Below are positions 19,900-29,165 of a stretch of DNA of 64,000 nucleotides, in pieces; positions within the stretch are counted from its first letter, which is position 1; every line of letters starts with the position of its first letter. The stretch is taken from NCBI GenBank assembly GCA_017434385.1, contig JAFRFJ010000040.1, forward strand, positions 9,252 to 73,251, read 5' to 3'. Origin of the DNA: Eubacterium sp. (GTDB lineage Bacteria > Bacillota > Clostridia > Lachnospirales > Lachnospiraceae). The position numbers were made by a program, and so were the translations under genes. The notes under the pieces are model-generated. The model saw nothing but the letters and a program-made list of their open reading frames with translations, made no database searches and was not told where the DNA came from.

Positions 19900-21159
19900 A
19901 TGAAAAAATCTTCAAATTACAATCGATTCCTTCTTCTCTGGTCCGGCCAGCTGCTCTCGGCCATAGGGTCCGGGCTCACAAGTTTCGGCCTTGGAGTGTA
20001 TGTATTCCGGGAAACCGGCAGTGCCGCTGACATGGCCCTTGTCGCTCTTACGGCTTTTCTTCCGACACTGGTACTCAGCGCGCCGGCAGGCGTTCTGGCC
20101 GACCGCTATGACCGCAGGCTGCTCATGATGGCCGGGGACGGTCTGTCGGCACTCGGCCTGGTCTATATTCTGATCTGTATGACAGGAGGAGGTGCAAAGC
20201 TGTATCAGATCTGCGCCGGGGTCTTTGTCAGTTCCTTTTTCTCATCGCTGCTGGAGCCTTCCTACAGGGCCACGGTCACAGATCTTCTGACCAAAGAGGA
20301 ATACTCCAGGGCCGGCGGCATGGTGAGCATGGCAGGCAGTGCAAGATACCTGATCTCTCCGGTCATAGCGGGACTGCTGCTCGCAGTCAGTGATGTCAGG
20401 CTTCTTCTGGTCATTGATATTTGCACATTTTTCCTGACAGTCCTGTGTACAGCCATAGTCAGGAAAGGAATCGGAACAAAGCAGCCGGAAAGGAATGACA
20501 GTTTCACGGACAGCTTCCGGGAGGGCTGGAAGGCCATAAAGGAAAAGCGGGGCGTCCTGATCCTCATCTTTGTCTCTTCAGTCATGACATGTTTCATTGG
20601 AACCATACAGATCCTGGCAGAACCGATGATCCTTGATTTTCAGACCAGCGGGGTCCTGGGAATCACTGAGACTCTGTGCGCCTGCGGCATGCTGGTATCA
20701 AGTGTCTTCCTGGGTATACGCGGACTGAAGAGGAACTTCACCGGCATACTCTCCCTGTCACTTGCCGGAGCGGGACTTTCCATGGTCGGATTCGGTCTGC
20801 GGGAAAATATCATCCTGATCGGATTTTTCGGCTTCCTCTTCTTTTTTATGCTGCCTTTTGCCAACAACTGTCTTGATTATCTTGCAAGAACAAATATCGA
20901 TGCCGATAAGCAGGGAAGGGCATGGGGACTGATCAGTTTCCTGTCACAGACCGGCTATGTCGCCGCCTATGCGGGAGCCGGAATAGCAGCCGATGCCATG
21001 GCCGCCCTAAGACATACAGGCGTAGGACGCGGAGCCGCAGCCGTGATCATGATCTCCGGCCTGCTCCTTGCGGCACTGGCCCTGAGCCTGAACCGTTTCC
21101 CCCATGTGAAAGCCCTGGAAGGAGGTTCCTCTGATGAAAAGACGAATGATCATCAATGA
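19900..21159 (+). CDS. MFS efflux transporter (MefA/DHA3-like)
   Basis: FLLLWSGQLLSAIGSGLTSF, AGVLADRYDRR motif A, about 12 TM segments. Confidence 0.9.
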   Translation: MKKSSNYNRFLLLWSGQLLSAIGSGLTSFGLGVYVFRETGSAADMALVALTAFLPTLVLSAPAGVLADRYDRRLLMMAGDGLSALGLVYILICMTGGGAKLYQICAGVFVSSFFSSLLEPSYRATVTDLLTKEEYSRAGGMVSMAGSARYLISPVIAGLLLAVSDVRLLLVIDICTFFLTVLCTAIVRKGIGTKQPERNDSFTDSFREGWKAIKEKRGVLILIFVSSVMTCFIGTIQILAEPMILDFQTSGVLGITETLCACGMLVSSVFLGIRGLKRNFTGILSLSLAGAGLSMVGFGLRENIILIGFFGFLFFFMLPFANNCLDYLARTNIDADKQGRAWGLISFLSQTGYVAAYAGAGIAADAMAALRHTGVGRGAAAVIMISGLLLAALALSLNRFPHVKALEGGSSDEKTNDHQ

Positions 21160-23413
21160 TATCAAAGCAAATAAGCTTGTAAATGCTGCAACCTGCGTAT
21201 TCATGGCCCTTACTGCCATGCTGCTGGGCCTTTCCATCTTTCTTTTCGCAAGCCTTGCCGGCTCCATCGACACGCTGATGGACAAAGCGCAGACCCCGGA
21301 TTTCCTGCAGATGCATACGGGTGATCTTGATGAGGCGGCCCTTAAGACATTTGCAGAAGGAAGGGACGATGTGGACAGGATGCAGCTTTCTCCTTTCCTG
21401 AATCTCCCCAACAGCCGGATCTCCATCGGAGATGAATCTCTGGAGAACAACATGCAGGACAACGGATTATGCTGCCAGAATCCCCTCTTCGACTATCTGG
21501 TGGATGCCGATTACAAGGTGATTCAACCTTCTCCGGGACAGGTATATGTGCCTGTCTGCTACAGAAAAGAGTATGACATAGATGTCGGAGACCTAATGAG
21601 GATCGGCAGTGAAGAGCTGACCGTTGCCGGTTTCCTGCGCGACTCCCAGATGAATTCCATGATGGCTTCGTCCAAGAGATTCCTGGTGAGCCGGGCAGAC
21701 TATGAGCGGCTTATATCTCTGGGAAGTCAGGAATACCTGATCGAATTCAAACTGAAAGAAGGCAGTGACATCGATGCATTTGCCACTGCCTACAAGGATG
21801 CCGGCCTGCCGGACAACGGGCCGACCATCACATATCCTCTGATCAGAATGATGAATGCCCTCTCCGACGGCATGATGATCCTGGTGATCCTCCTGGTAAG
21901 CATACTTGTTCTCTTCATCTCCATCCTCTGCATCAGATATATTATTCTGACACAGCTTGAAAAGGACAAAAGGGACATCGGGATGCTCAAGGCAGTGGGT
22001 ATATCAAGAAGGGGCATCCGATCCATGTACTTCTCCAAATACCTGCTTCTGTCAGCTGCCGGATGTCTGGCGGGCCTGATCATGGCAATCACTTTGTCAA
22101 AGCCGCTGGGAGCTCAGATGAGAGACCTGTACGGAAATGCGGGAAACAGGGGTCTGATCCCGGCACTGACAGTCCTCGGCTGCCTGGCGGCGGAAGGGAT
22201 CATCCTTTTATCGGTATACAGGGTACTCGGAAGGATGGATAAAATGACGGCGGTCCAGGCACTGTACGGAGGGAGCGCCAGCGGAAAAAGGAGAAATCTG
22301 TGGCTGCCTGCCAGGATCATCACCGCAGCTGCCACATTTATGATTCTGGTACCCTGGAATATAAAAACCACGATCGGGGCGCCCGAATTCGTTACATACA
22401 TGGGAATCGGCCAGAGTCAGATCCGGATCGATATCCGGCAGACGGAAAATGTGGAACATACGGCGGCGGCTGTAAAAGACGAAATCGAACATGACAGCAG
22501 GGTCGCCGATTGCGTGCTCATGCAGACCGGCTCCTACAAGGCAGCACTTCCTGACGGGACTTCCTGTAATCTGATGGTGGAAAACGGCGATCACGGTAAA
22601 TTCCCGGTAATATATGTTGAAGGAAAATATCCGGAAAAGGAAGATGAGATTGCCCTGTCCGTTCTCAATGCCGAATCGCTGGGACTGAAAAAGGGAGATT
22701 CTGTTGACATTTATAAGGCAGGGAAAGACGGTAAGCCGGCAGCAGTCACCTGTAAGGTCTGCGGTATCTATTCCGACATCACCAACGGCGGCAAAACAGC
22801 CAAGGCCTGTCTTGGAGGTCCTGATGACACTACGCCTGTCATGTGGAGCATCCTCTACCTGTCTCTTGCCGATGAGAAGCTTGCGGGGAAATGGACAGGG
22901 GAATATCAGAACAGATATGCATCCCTGGGAAAAGGCGTCAAAGTCACCCTGATCTCCGATTATCTTGAGGGGACCTACGGGCAGACCATAGAAAACATCT
23001 CAAGAGCATCCGCCCTCTCGGCAGGCATATCCTGCCTGATCCTTTTTGTGGTGGTACTGCTGCTGGTGCGTCTTGTAATCTGGAGAGAGCGAAGCGACAG
23101 TTCGCTAAAAAAAGCGCTGGGATTCACATCCTCGGATATCAGGAAAGAGTATCTGAAAAAAGCTCTCGTCTGCATACTACCCGGCATCCTGTGCGGTGTC
23201 CTTTGCGGGATCATTCCGGGGCAGAACCTGGCAGCAGTACTCCTTAAGTCAATGGGCGCCTACAGCTTTCATTTCATAGTCGATCCGGCAGCGGCATACG
23301 CAGCCGTTCCTGCCATGATCCTGCTGTCGGCCATGGCCGGAGCAATACTCAGCCTGACGGAAGTGAAGAATATACATGCTTACGAATGCCTGCAGGCAGG
23401 AAGCAGAAACTAA
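21134..23413 (+). CDS. ABC transporter permease (FtsX/MacB-like, two permease modules)
   Basis: Two extracytoplasmic domains each followed by TM bundles; DIGMLKAVG and SSLKKALGF repeats. Confidence 0.88.
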   Translation: MKRRMIINDIKANKLVNAATCVFMALTAMLLGLSIFLFASLAGSIDTLMDKAQTPDFLQMHTGDLDEAALKTFAEGRDDVDRMQLSPFLNLPNSRISIGDESLENNMQDNGLCCQNPLFDYLVDADYKVIQPSPGQVYVPVCYRKEYDIDVGDLMRIGSEELTVAGFLRDSQMNSMMASSKRFLVSRADYERLISLGSQEYLIEFKLKEGSDIDAFATAYKDAGLPDNGPTITYPLIRMMNALSDGMMILVILLVSILVLFISILCIRYIILTQLEKDKRDIGMLKAVGISRRGIRSMYFSKYLLLSAAGCLAGLIMAITLSKPLGAQMRDLYGNAGNRGLIPALTVLGCLAAEGIILLSVYRVLGRMDKMTAVQALYGGSASGKRRNLWLPARIITAAATFMILVPWNIKTTIGAPEFVTYMGIGQSQIRIDIRQTENVEHTAAAVKDEIEHDSRVADCVLMQTGSYKAALPDGTSCNLMVENGDHGKFPVIYVEGKYPEKEDEIALSVLNAESLGLKKGDSVDIYKAGKDGKPAAVTCKVCGIYSDITNGGKTAKACLGGPDDTTPVMWSILYLSLADEKLAGKWTGEYQNRYASLGKGVKVTLISDYLEGTYGQTIENISRASALSAGISCLILFVVVLLLVRLVIWRERSDSSLKKALGFTSSDIRKEYLKKALVCILPGILCGVLCGIIPGQNLAAVLLKSMGAYSFHFIVDPAAAYAAVPAMILLSAMAGAILSLTEVKNIHAYECLQAGSRN

Positions 23414-23437
23414 ACGATTAAAAGAAGGGAGTTCGTC

Positions 23438-24172
23438 ATGAGCGGATTATTATGTGTGAACAATCTGACAAAGGGAAATATCATAAAGAATATCAGTTTT
23501 GAAATTCATGAGGGTGAAATGGCGGCAATCATGGGATCTTCCGGATCCGGCAAATCCACACTTCTCTACAATGTGTCGGGCATGGATCAGCCCGACAGTG
23601 GGAAGGTAATGCTTGGCGGTACGGAAATCACAGGCCTAAATGAAGATGAGAAGGCCGGGCTCAGGCTCTCCCGGATGGGATTTGTCTTCCAGCAGATGAA
23701 CGTCCTCGAACACCTGAATATAGTCGATAATATCGCCCTTCCCGCAATCCATGCGGACAGGAAAGGCAAAAAGGAGTACCATGAGCGTGCAAAGGCACTG
23801 ATGGAAAGTCTTCATATCGGCCGGCTTGCCGGACGCAGGGTAAATGAGGTGTCTGGAGGTCAGCTGCAAAGAGCATGCATATGCCGGAGTATGATAATGG
23901 ACCCCGAAATCATTTTTGCCGATGAGCCGACAGGAGCCCTGAACCGGACAGCGGCATCGGAAGTCATGGATGCCTTTCTGGATATCAACCGCCGGGGAAG
24001 GTCAGTCCTGATGGTCACACATGACAGCAGGATCGCTGCCATGTGTGAAAGAATTCTCTACATTCTGGACGGTGAGATCAGAGGAGAACTGAAACTTGGA
24101 AAATATGCCGGTGAAGATTTAAAAGAGCGCGAAAGAAAAACCTCCGGATGGCTGGAAGAAATGGGCTGGTAA
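23438..24172 (+). CDS. ABC transporter ATP-binding protein (LolD/MacB-like)
   Basis: GSSGSGKST, VSGGQLQR, IIFADEPTGALN, MVTHD. Confidence 0.93.
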   Translation: MSGLLCVNNLTKGNIIKNISFEIHEGEMAAIMGSSGSGKSTLLYNVSGMDQPDSGKVMLGGTEITGLNEDEKAGLRLSRMGFVFQQMNVLEHLNIVDNIALPAIHADRKGKKEYHERAKALMESLHIGRLAGRRVNEVSGGQLQRACICRSMIMDPEIIFADEPTGALNRTAASEVMDAFLDINRRGRSVLMVTHDSRIAAMCERILYILDGEIRGELKLGKYAGEDLKERERKTSGWLEEMGW

Positions 24173-24203
24173 AGCATGGCACTGCACCCTGATGCAGGTC
24201 CGG

Positions 24204-25010
24204 TTACAGGTCAATGATATCCCCGTCATCGGGGACCCAGATGCGGCCGCTGTAATAATCAGCGGCTTCTCTGCTGTAAAGATCCTGCCGTTCTCCGTAG
24301 GTGCCGTCTTCCGTATGCCACAGAAGCAGATTTTTCACGTGATTTTTTTCTGCCTTCTGCGCAGCTTCCTTTACCGTCTGGTGACTGTACTGGTATGCAT
24401 GATAAAGGGGCTCCTGGTCATAGAGACAGAAAGCCTCCTGAAGCAGCCAGTCTGCCCGGTCGCAGTACTTCTCACCGTTGGGGCTTAAAGGTTCATCCCC
24501 GGCAAATACCAGCCGGGTCCCGTCTTCCCACTGCAGATGATAGCCAAACTGCTTTGCTTTGGTGGATTCTATATCGAAAAATGTCAATCTGTAATCAAGT
24601 ATCTTTCTTTCTTCATGATCAAAGACCGGGACAAAGAAGATTCTGCGATCCATGTAATCCTGACTTCTCTTCTTCAGGATCATCCGGCATACAGCCCGCA
24701 TTTTGTCCAGCACTTCACTGTGCCCGTAGAGGAAAAAGTCTCCCTTGTAATCATCCAGTTCAAGGTATTCCGCAATCATCCTGACAACCCAGACCATCCC
24801 AAGGAAATGGTCCGTATGCTCATGGGACAAGAAAGCATGATGAAGATTGCGCCAGTCCAGATTCATCCCGTCAAAGCAATGCAGGATGTCCGTACCACCT
24901 GTGCCGTCAGTCAGAAAGAGTTCCTTCCCGTTATCAAGAACGCAGGAGGTATTTACATATTTTGAGACATTTGCAGTTCCCGTTCCAAGTATATATAATC
25001 TCTTCATCAT
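24204..25010 (-). CDS. MBL-fold metallo-hydrolase, RNase Z/BN-like
   Basis: ILGTGTA, SHEHTDH (HxHxDH), FAGD, HQTVKEAAQKA, LLLWH. Confidence 0.82.
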   Translation of the reverse strand: MMKRLYILGTGTANVSKYVNTSCVLDNGKELFLTDGTGGTDILHCFDGMNLDWRNLHHAFLSHEHTDHFLGMVWVVRMIAEYLELDDYKGDFFLYGHSEVLDKMRAVCRMILKKRSQDYMDRRIFFVPVFDHEERKILDYRLTFFDIESTKAKQFGYHLQWEDGTRLVFAGDEPLSPNGEKYCDRADWLLQEAFCLYDQEPLYHAYQYSHQTVKEAAQKAEKNHVKNLLLWHTEDGTYGERQDLYSREAADYYSGRIWVPDDGDIIDL

Positions 25011-25032
25011 AGATCCTCCCCGATCATCAGTT

Positions 25033-26829
25033 TTAACAGCCGATTTCTTCCGTCAGTTCCCACATTTCATCGATCATGGCTCCGATCGATTCAATGGTAT
25101 CAAGCAGGGGCTGATCAGTGGAAATATCAACGCCTGCCATTTGTGCAAACTCATAGGGACTTACCGTGCTTCCTGCCTTCAGAGCTTTTTTCCAGTCATT
25201 CACCGCACTTTGGCCCTCCTCCAGGATCCTTTCCGCCATCCTGGCAGAGATGGTCAGACCGGCGGAATAGGTATAGGAATAGAGGCCGACATAGTAGTGG
25301 GGCTGCCGCATCCAGGTCAGCTCGGCTCCCTCGGTCAGTTCCACGCTGTCCCCCCAGAACCTGCCAAGAACGTCCTTGTAGATGGCAGATAAGGTGTCCG
25401 CCTGGACACTTCCCCCGGCATCAGCGATCTTATATACTTCCCGCTGATAGGCCGCCTCCAGAAGGTGGGTTACAAAATTGTGGTAATAGGTCTTTCCGAC
25501 CGTATTCCCCAGCACCCACCGCTTAAAGCGCGGATCGCTGCCTGTCTTTTTCAGATATCCGGAAAGGAGAAGTTCGTTGATGGTACTGGGAGATTCCACA
25601 AAATAGAGGGGAACCAGAGTGTCGAGGTAACCCTGTGCGTCGTTACAGAGTTTAAAATGTCCCGCGTGGCCCAATTCGTGAGCCAGGGTAAATATATCAG
25701 ACATCCTGTTCTGCCAGGAAAGAAGAATAAAGGAAGCCGGCACGCCGTAAGGGCTGTCGCAAAAACCTCCTGTACTCTTTCCGTCATTAGTCGCAAAGTC
25801 GATCCATCTCTCCCTGAAAGCCTGATGGACCATCTCAACATAGTCATCTCCCATCACGGAAAGGCCGTCCGCAATATACTGCTCTGCTTCCTCCACTGTC
25901 ACCCTGGGGTCGTAGTCAGGATCCAGGGGAAGCTTCAGGTCGGCATAGGTCATCCTGTCCAGATTATGAACCTTCTTTAAGAGAGCGGCATATCTTCTCA
26001 TATGGGGGGCAAGCTTGTCCATAATTACATCAATCTGCCTGTCATGAAGGTCTCTTGAGACATTTTCCTCAAAGAGCAGATAATCGAAAACATCCTTATA
26101 TCCCCTGACTTCTGAAATCCTTTTATCCCTGCATACATAGGCATTGTAAGCGGCGGCAGTGACATTTTCATACTGCCTGAGTTTGTCTGAAAAAGCCCGG
26201 AAGGCCGCACGCCTGATCCGGGTATCCTGTTCATACTCGTATTCATCCTCAAAAAGAGCATAAGACAGAGGGTACTCTTTCCCGTCCACAGTAAAAGGAT
26301 CGAATCTCATATCGGCAAACTTGGCCTGATTGTATACCTGATAGGGAGTTTCCATAAACTCTCCCAGAGCCGCCAGAACTCTTTCGGTCTCCGGCTCCAG
26401 AATATAAGGCTTTCTCCTGACCAGTTCCTTAAGATAGCCGGAAACACTCCCCCCTTTTTTGATTGCCTCCTCCAGGATTGCAGGGTCCGCCCCGGCGATC
26501 CCGCTCTCGATAAAACTTGTTTTGGTAAAGCATTCTGTGAGAATGCTCTGGGCTTTATTGGAGTTGCTGATTTTTCCGGAATCCGAGAAATCAGTCGACA
26601 GGTCAAGTTCGAAATAAGAGGAGACTCTTGAGGCCAGTTCCCGCATCTTCTCATAAAGATGAAGGCATTCCACAATGGATGAGGCGTCATCAAGCTTTCC
26701 TTTGTATTCCCTCTCCGCTTTTTCCGCAAGATCTCTCATTTTTCCGGCTTCCTGCCAGGCCTCTTCCGGGCTTGTGTAGATAAGGCCCAGATCCCAGGTC
26801 TCCTTTACAGGCACTTCACTTCTTTTCAT
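25033..26829 (-). CDS. pepF: Oligoendopeptidase F (M3B)
   Basis: TWDL..IY, GKSTGGFC, zinc motif AHELGHAGH, FVESPST, HYYVGLYSYTY. Confidence 0.95.
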   Translation of the reverse strand: MKRSEVPVKETWDLGLIYTSPEEAWQEAGKMRDLAEKAEREYKGKLDDASSIVECLHLYEKMRELASRVSSYFELDLSTDFSDSGKISNSNKAQSILTECFTKTSFIESGIAGADPAILEEAIKKGGSVSGYLKELVRRKPYILEPETERVLAALGEFMETPYQVYNQAKFADMRFDPFTVDGKEYPLSYALFEDEYEYEQDTRIRRAAFRAFSDKLRQYENVTAAAYNAYVCRDKRISEVRGYKDVFDYLLFEENVSRDLHDRQIDVIMDKLAPHMRRYAALLKKVHNLDRMTYADLKLPLDPDYDPRVTVEEAEQYIADGLSVMGDDYVEMVHQAFRERWIDFATNDGKSTGGFCDSPYGVPASFILLSWQNRMSDIFTLAHELGHAGHFKLCNDAQGYLDTLVPLYFVESPSTINELLLSGYLKKTGSDPRFKRWVLGNTVGKTYYHNFVTHLLEAAYQREVYKIADAGGSVQADTLSAIYKDVLGRFWGDSVELTEGAELTWMRQPHYYVGLYSYTYSAGLTISARMAERILEEGQSAVNDWKKALKAGSTVSPYEFAQMAGVDISTDQPLLDTIESIGAMIDEMWELTEEIGC

Positions 26830-27166
26830 CTTTATGTCCTCTCAATCTGCTTTATTAATAAGCGGGCTGTCCGCAGCAGCCGGCAGCCCGCAAAGAATTC
26901 CGGATAAGCAGTTTTCTGTATGTCCTCTCTTTGTTCCAATTAACCATAAAGGGCCGGTCATGTCAAGAAGCAATACTCTTTACCGGCATCATCGCTTTTA
27001 CAAAATAAAATTCGATGATACAACAAAATTCAATGCAAAAAAGGAAAATAAATCCCCATACAACAAAAAATTACATAAAACACCTGTTGCGGTAATGACA
27101 TGATTTATGCTATTTTATTTAATGTTGTGTTTAAGACCCCTTTTTCTCTTAAGCGCAAAACACTCA

Positions 27167-27197
27167 GGAGAGACCTGTATAACAGGCGCCGAAGGTG
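27167..27197 (+). ncRNA. Truncated glycine riboswitch (5' half of an aptamer only)
   Basis: GGAGAGACCTG-TATAA-CAGGCGCCGAAGGTG matches the glycine aptamer core GGAGAGACC...GGCGCCGAAGG; the expected downstream ...AAUCUCUCAGG half is absent. Confidence 0.7.
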
Positions 27198-27729
27198 TCC
27201 GCAGGGCGAAGTAACCAGCTTCGGAGCCTTATGTACCGCCTTATCCGCAACCATCGGAACCGGCAACATTGTCGGTGTCGCCACGGCCCTTGCCGCAGGA
27301 GGTCCCGGTGCCCTCTTCTGGATGGAAGTGGCTGCCTTTTTCGGGATGGCAACCAAATTTGCCGAGGGACTTCTGGCCATCCGTTACCGGACCATCGATG
27401 AGGAAGGCCACGTCCTGGGAGGACCCTTCTACTATATTGAAAACGGTATGGGCAAAAAATGGACCTGGCTGGCAAAGGTTTTTGCTTTCTTTGGAGCGGG
27501 AGTCGGGCTTTTAGGTATCGGTACATTTACTCAGGTTAACGGTATCGCATCCGCGTCGTCAAACTTTTTTGATCCCAATGGTCTTCACACAATTAGTATA
27601 TTAGGGCATGATTATACCTGGGCCACAGTGATAACCTGTCTTTTCGTCACCTTATGTGTGGGACTGGTTGTCATTGGGGGAATAAAGCGCATCGCCCTCA
27701 TCGCTCTGAGAGAGGTAATCGCCGGGTAG
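27198..27729 (+). pseudogene. Internal fragment of an alanine/glycine:cation symporter (AGCS/AlsT), truncated at both ends
   Basis: GEVTSFGALCTALSATIGTGNIVGVATAL..GGPGALFWM...KFAEGLLAIRYR...GGPFYYI...GGIKRIA, then loss of similarity and stop; full-length AGCS proteins are roughly 450 aa. Confidence 0.88.
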
Positions 27730-27768
27730 ACAAAATCCTTTATAGACCGCCATCATTTTATTTAAACT

Positions 27769-27797
27769 AAAATCCCCGGATATCCGGGGATTTTTTT
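27769..27797. terminator. Bidirectional intrinsic terminator
   Basis: AAAATCCCCGGA-TA-TCCGGGGATTTTTTT between convergent genes. Confidence 0.85.
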
Positions 27798-28290
27798 ATA
27801 CATAATGAATTCTTGCTTCGTCAAAACGGTTATTCTGGTCTCTGGATTCTGCAGGATATCCGATGGGGAATATAGCGAAAGGTTTGAGGGATGCCGGTAA
27901 ATTCAGGATTCCCTCAACAGCTGTCATACGGTCTTCAAGAGGTGCTATCCCGAGCATGACCGTTCCAAGACCCTGGGATGTAGTCTCAAGCCAGAGATTC
28001 TCACAGGCAATTGACAGATCGATCTGGGCATATTCCGGAAACCATATACCTTCAGTCCGGTAGCAGGGAACGATTACTGTTTTTGCGTTGGCCGTGCATC
28101 CGCCGTAAGGGCTGGCTTTTGCGAGTCTTGCGATCGTCCCGGGGTCTGTAACAACATAGAATTCCCAGGGCTGCTGGTCGCCCGCAGACGGGGCCTGCAT
28201 GGCAGCCTTCAGAATTGCCTTGATTTTCTCCGGCTCTACCGCCTGGTCCGTATACTTCCTCACACTGATTCTTTTAAAAATCTCTTTCAT
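27796..28290 (-). CDS. Nitroreductase family protein
   Basis: RISVRKY, AAMQAPSAGDQQPWEF, ENLWL...GLGTV, PIGYP. Confidence 0.93.
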   Translation of the reverse strand: MKEIFKRISVRKYTDQAVEPEKIKAILKAAMQAPSAGDQQPWEFYVVTDPGTIARLAKASPYGGCTANAKTVIVPCYRTEGIWFPEYAQIDLSIACENLWLETTSQGLGTVMLGIAPLEDRMTAVEGILNLPASLKPFAIFPIGYPAESRDQNNRFDEARIHYV

Positions 28291-28431
28291 ATCTGTTTAC
28301 CTCCTTATTGCAAATAAAAAAACAACGTGCAGTAACAACTGGATTTACGCAGTTGCAGTGCTACACGTTGTAAACTGATTATACATCATTCACTATACAT
28401 TTTCAAATAAAAGAGAGCGGAAACAGGAGAA

Positions 28432-29034
28432 TCATTCTCCTTCAGGTCCCTTTTTCAGACGCTTTTTTATATGTGAAAGCAGCTTGTTCCTTGAAACTTT
28501 ATAATGAGGTGTTCTGGAAGCCCGGCCCGGCAATTCCTTTCCAATCTCTTCCCAGTAGTACTGCTTGCGGAAATTCGCATCCACATAGCTTATTTTAACA
28601 AACTGGCTGCTTCCGGTAGAACTGCTTCTGTCCTGAGAAGGTGAGCTGCCGTATCCTGCAGTTTTCGTATAGTATCTGCAGAAGACTACTGTTTTTATGT
28701 CTGACAGGTCCTTTTTGCCGGAACAGGCAATGACCGTCCAGTTTTCAGGCTTATGTGCATAAGACAATTCATCGAGCAGAACAACAACATAGGGCTCAGT
28801 TTTTTCAGGCCAGTCAAGTTCATAAAGGCGCTCATCTACTGAATTTCCTTCCGGACCCCAGTCCCTGGCCAGTATTTCCTGCATGGCCCGGGCGTCTGCC
28901 TTTTTATAAATCCGGTGCAGCATGTGGCCGTGCACAAATCCTGCAGCCTTGTAAAGGGCAAACACGACTGCCCAGAAAGCAATCATTTTAAAAAGTTCAT
29001 GAAACAGTTCTTTTTTATCTGTCTTTTTCTTCAT
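28432..29034 (-). CDS. Hypothetical protein with N-terminal transmembrane helix
   Basis: 200-aa ORF, GGAGG RBS, hydrophobic segment near residues 17-35. Confidence 0.65.
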   Translation of the reverse strand: MKKKTDKKELFHELFKMIAFWAVVFALYKAAGFVHGHMLHRIYKKADARAMQEILARDWGPEGNSVDERLYELDWPEKTEPYVVVLLDELSYAHKPENWTVIACSGKKDLSDIKTVVFCRYYTKTAGYGSSPSQDRSSSTGSSQFVKISYVDANFRKQYYWEEIGKELPGRASRTPHYKVSRNKLLSHIKKRLKKGPEGE

Positions 29035-29165
29035 AGAGCACCTCCCGAATCATAGTCCATGCCACAGCAGTCACCGCAGTGGAATTTCTCCTTTATTAAT
29101 CATTTATATCATAAAGGCATTGATTAATCCATGAATCTGATAATATTTCATCCCTGAAAAGAGCT

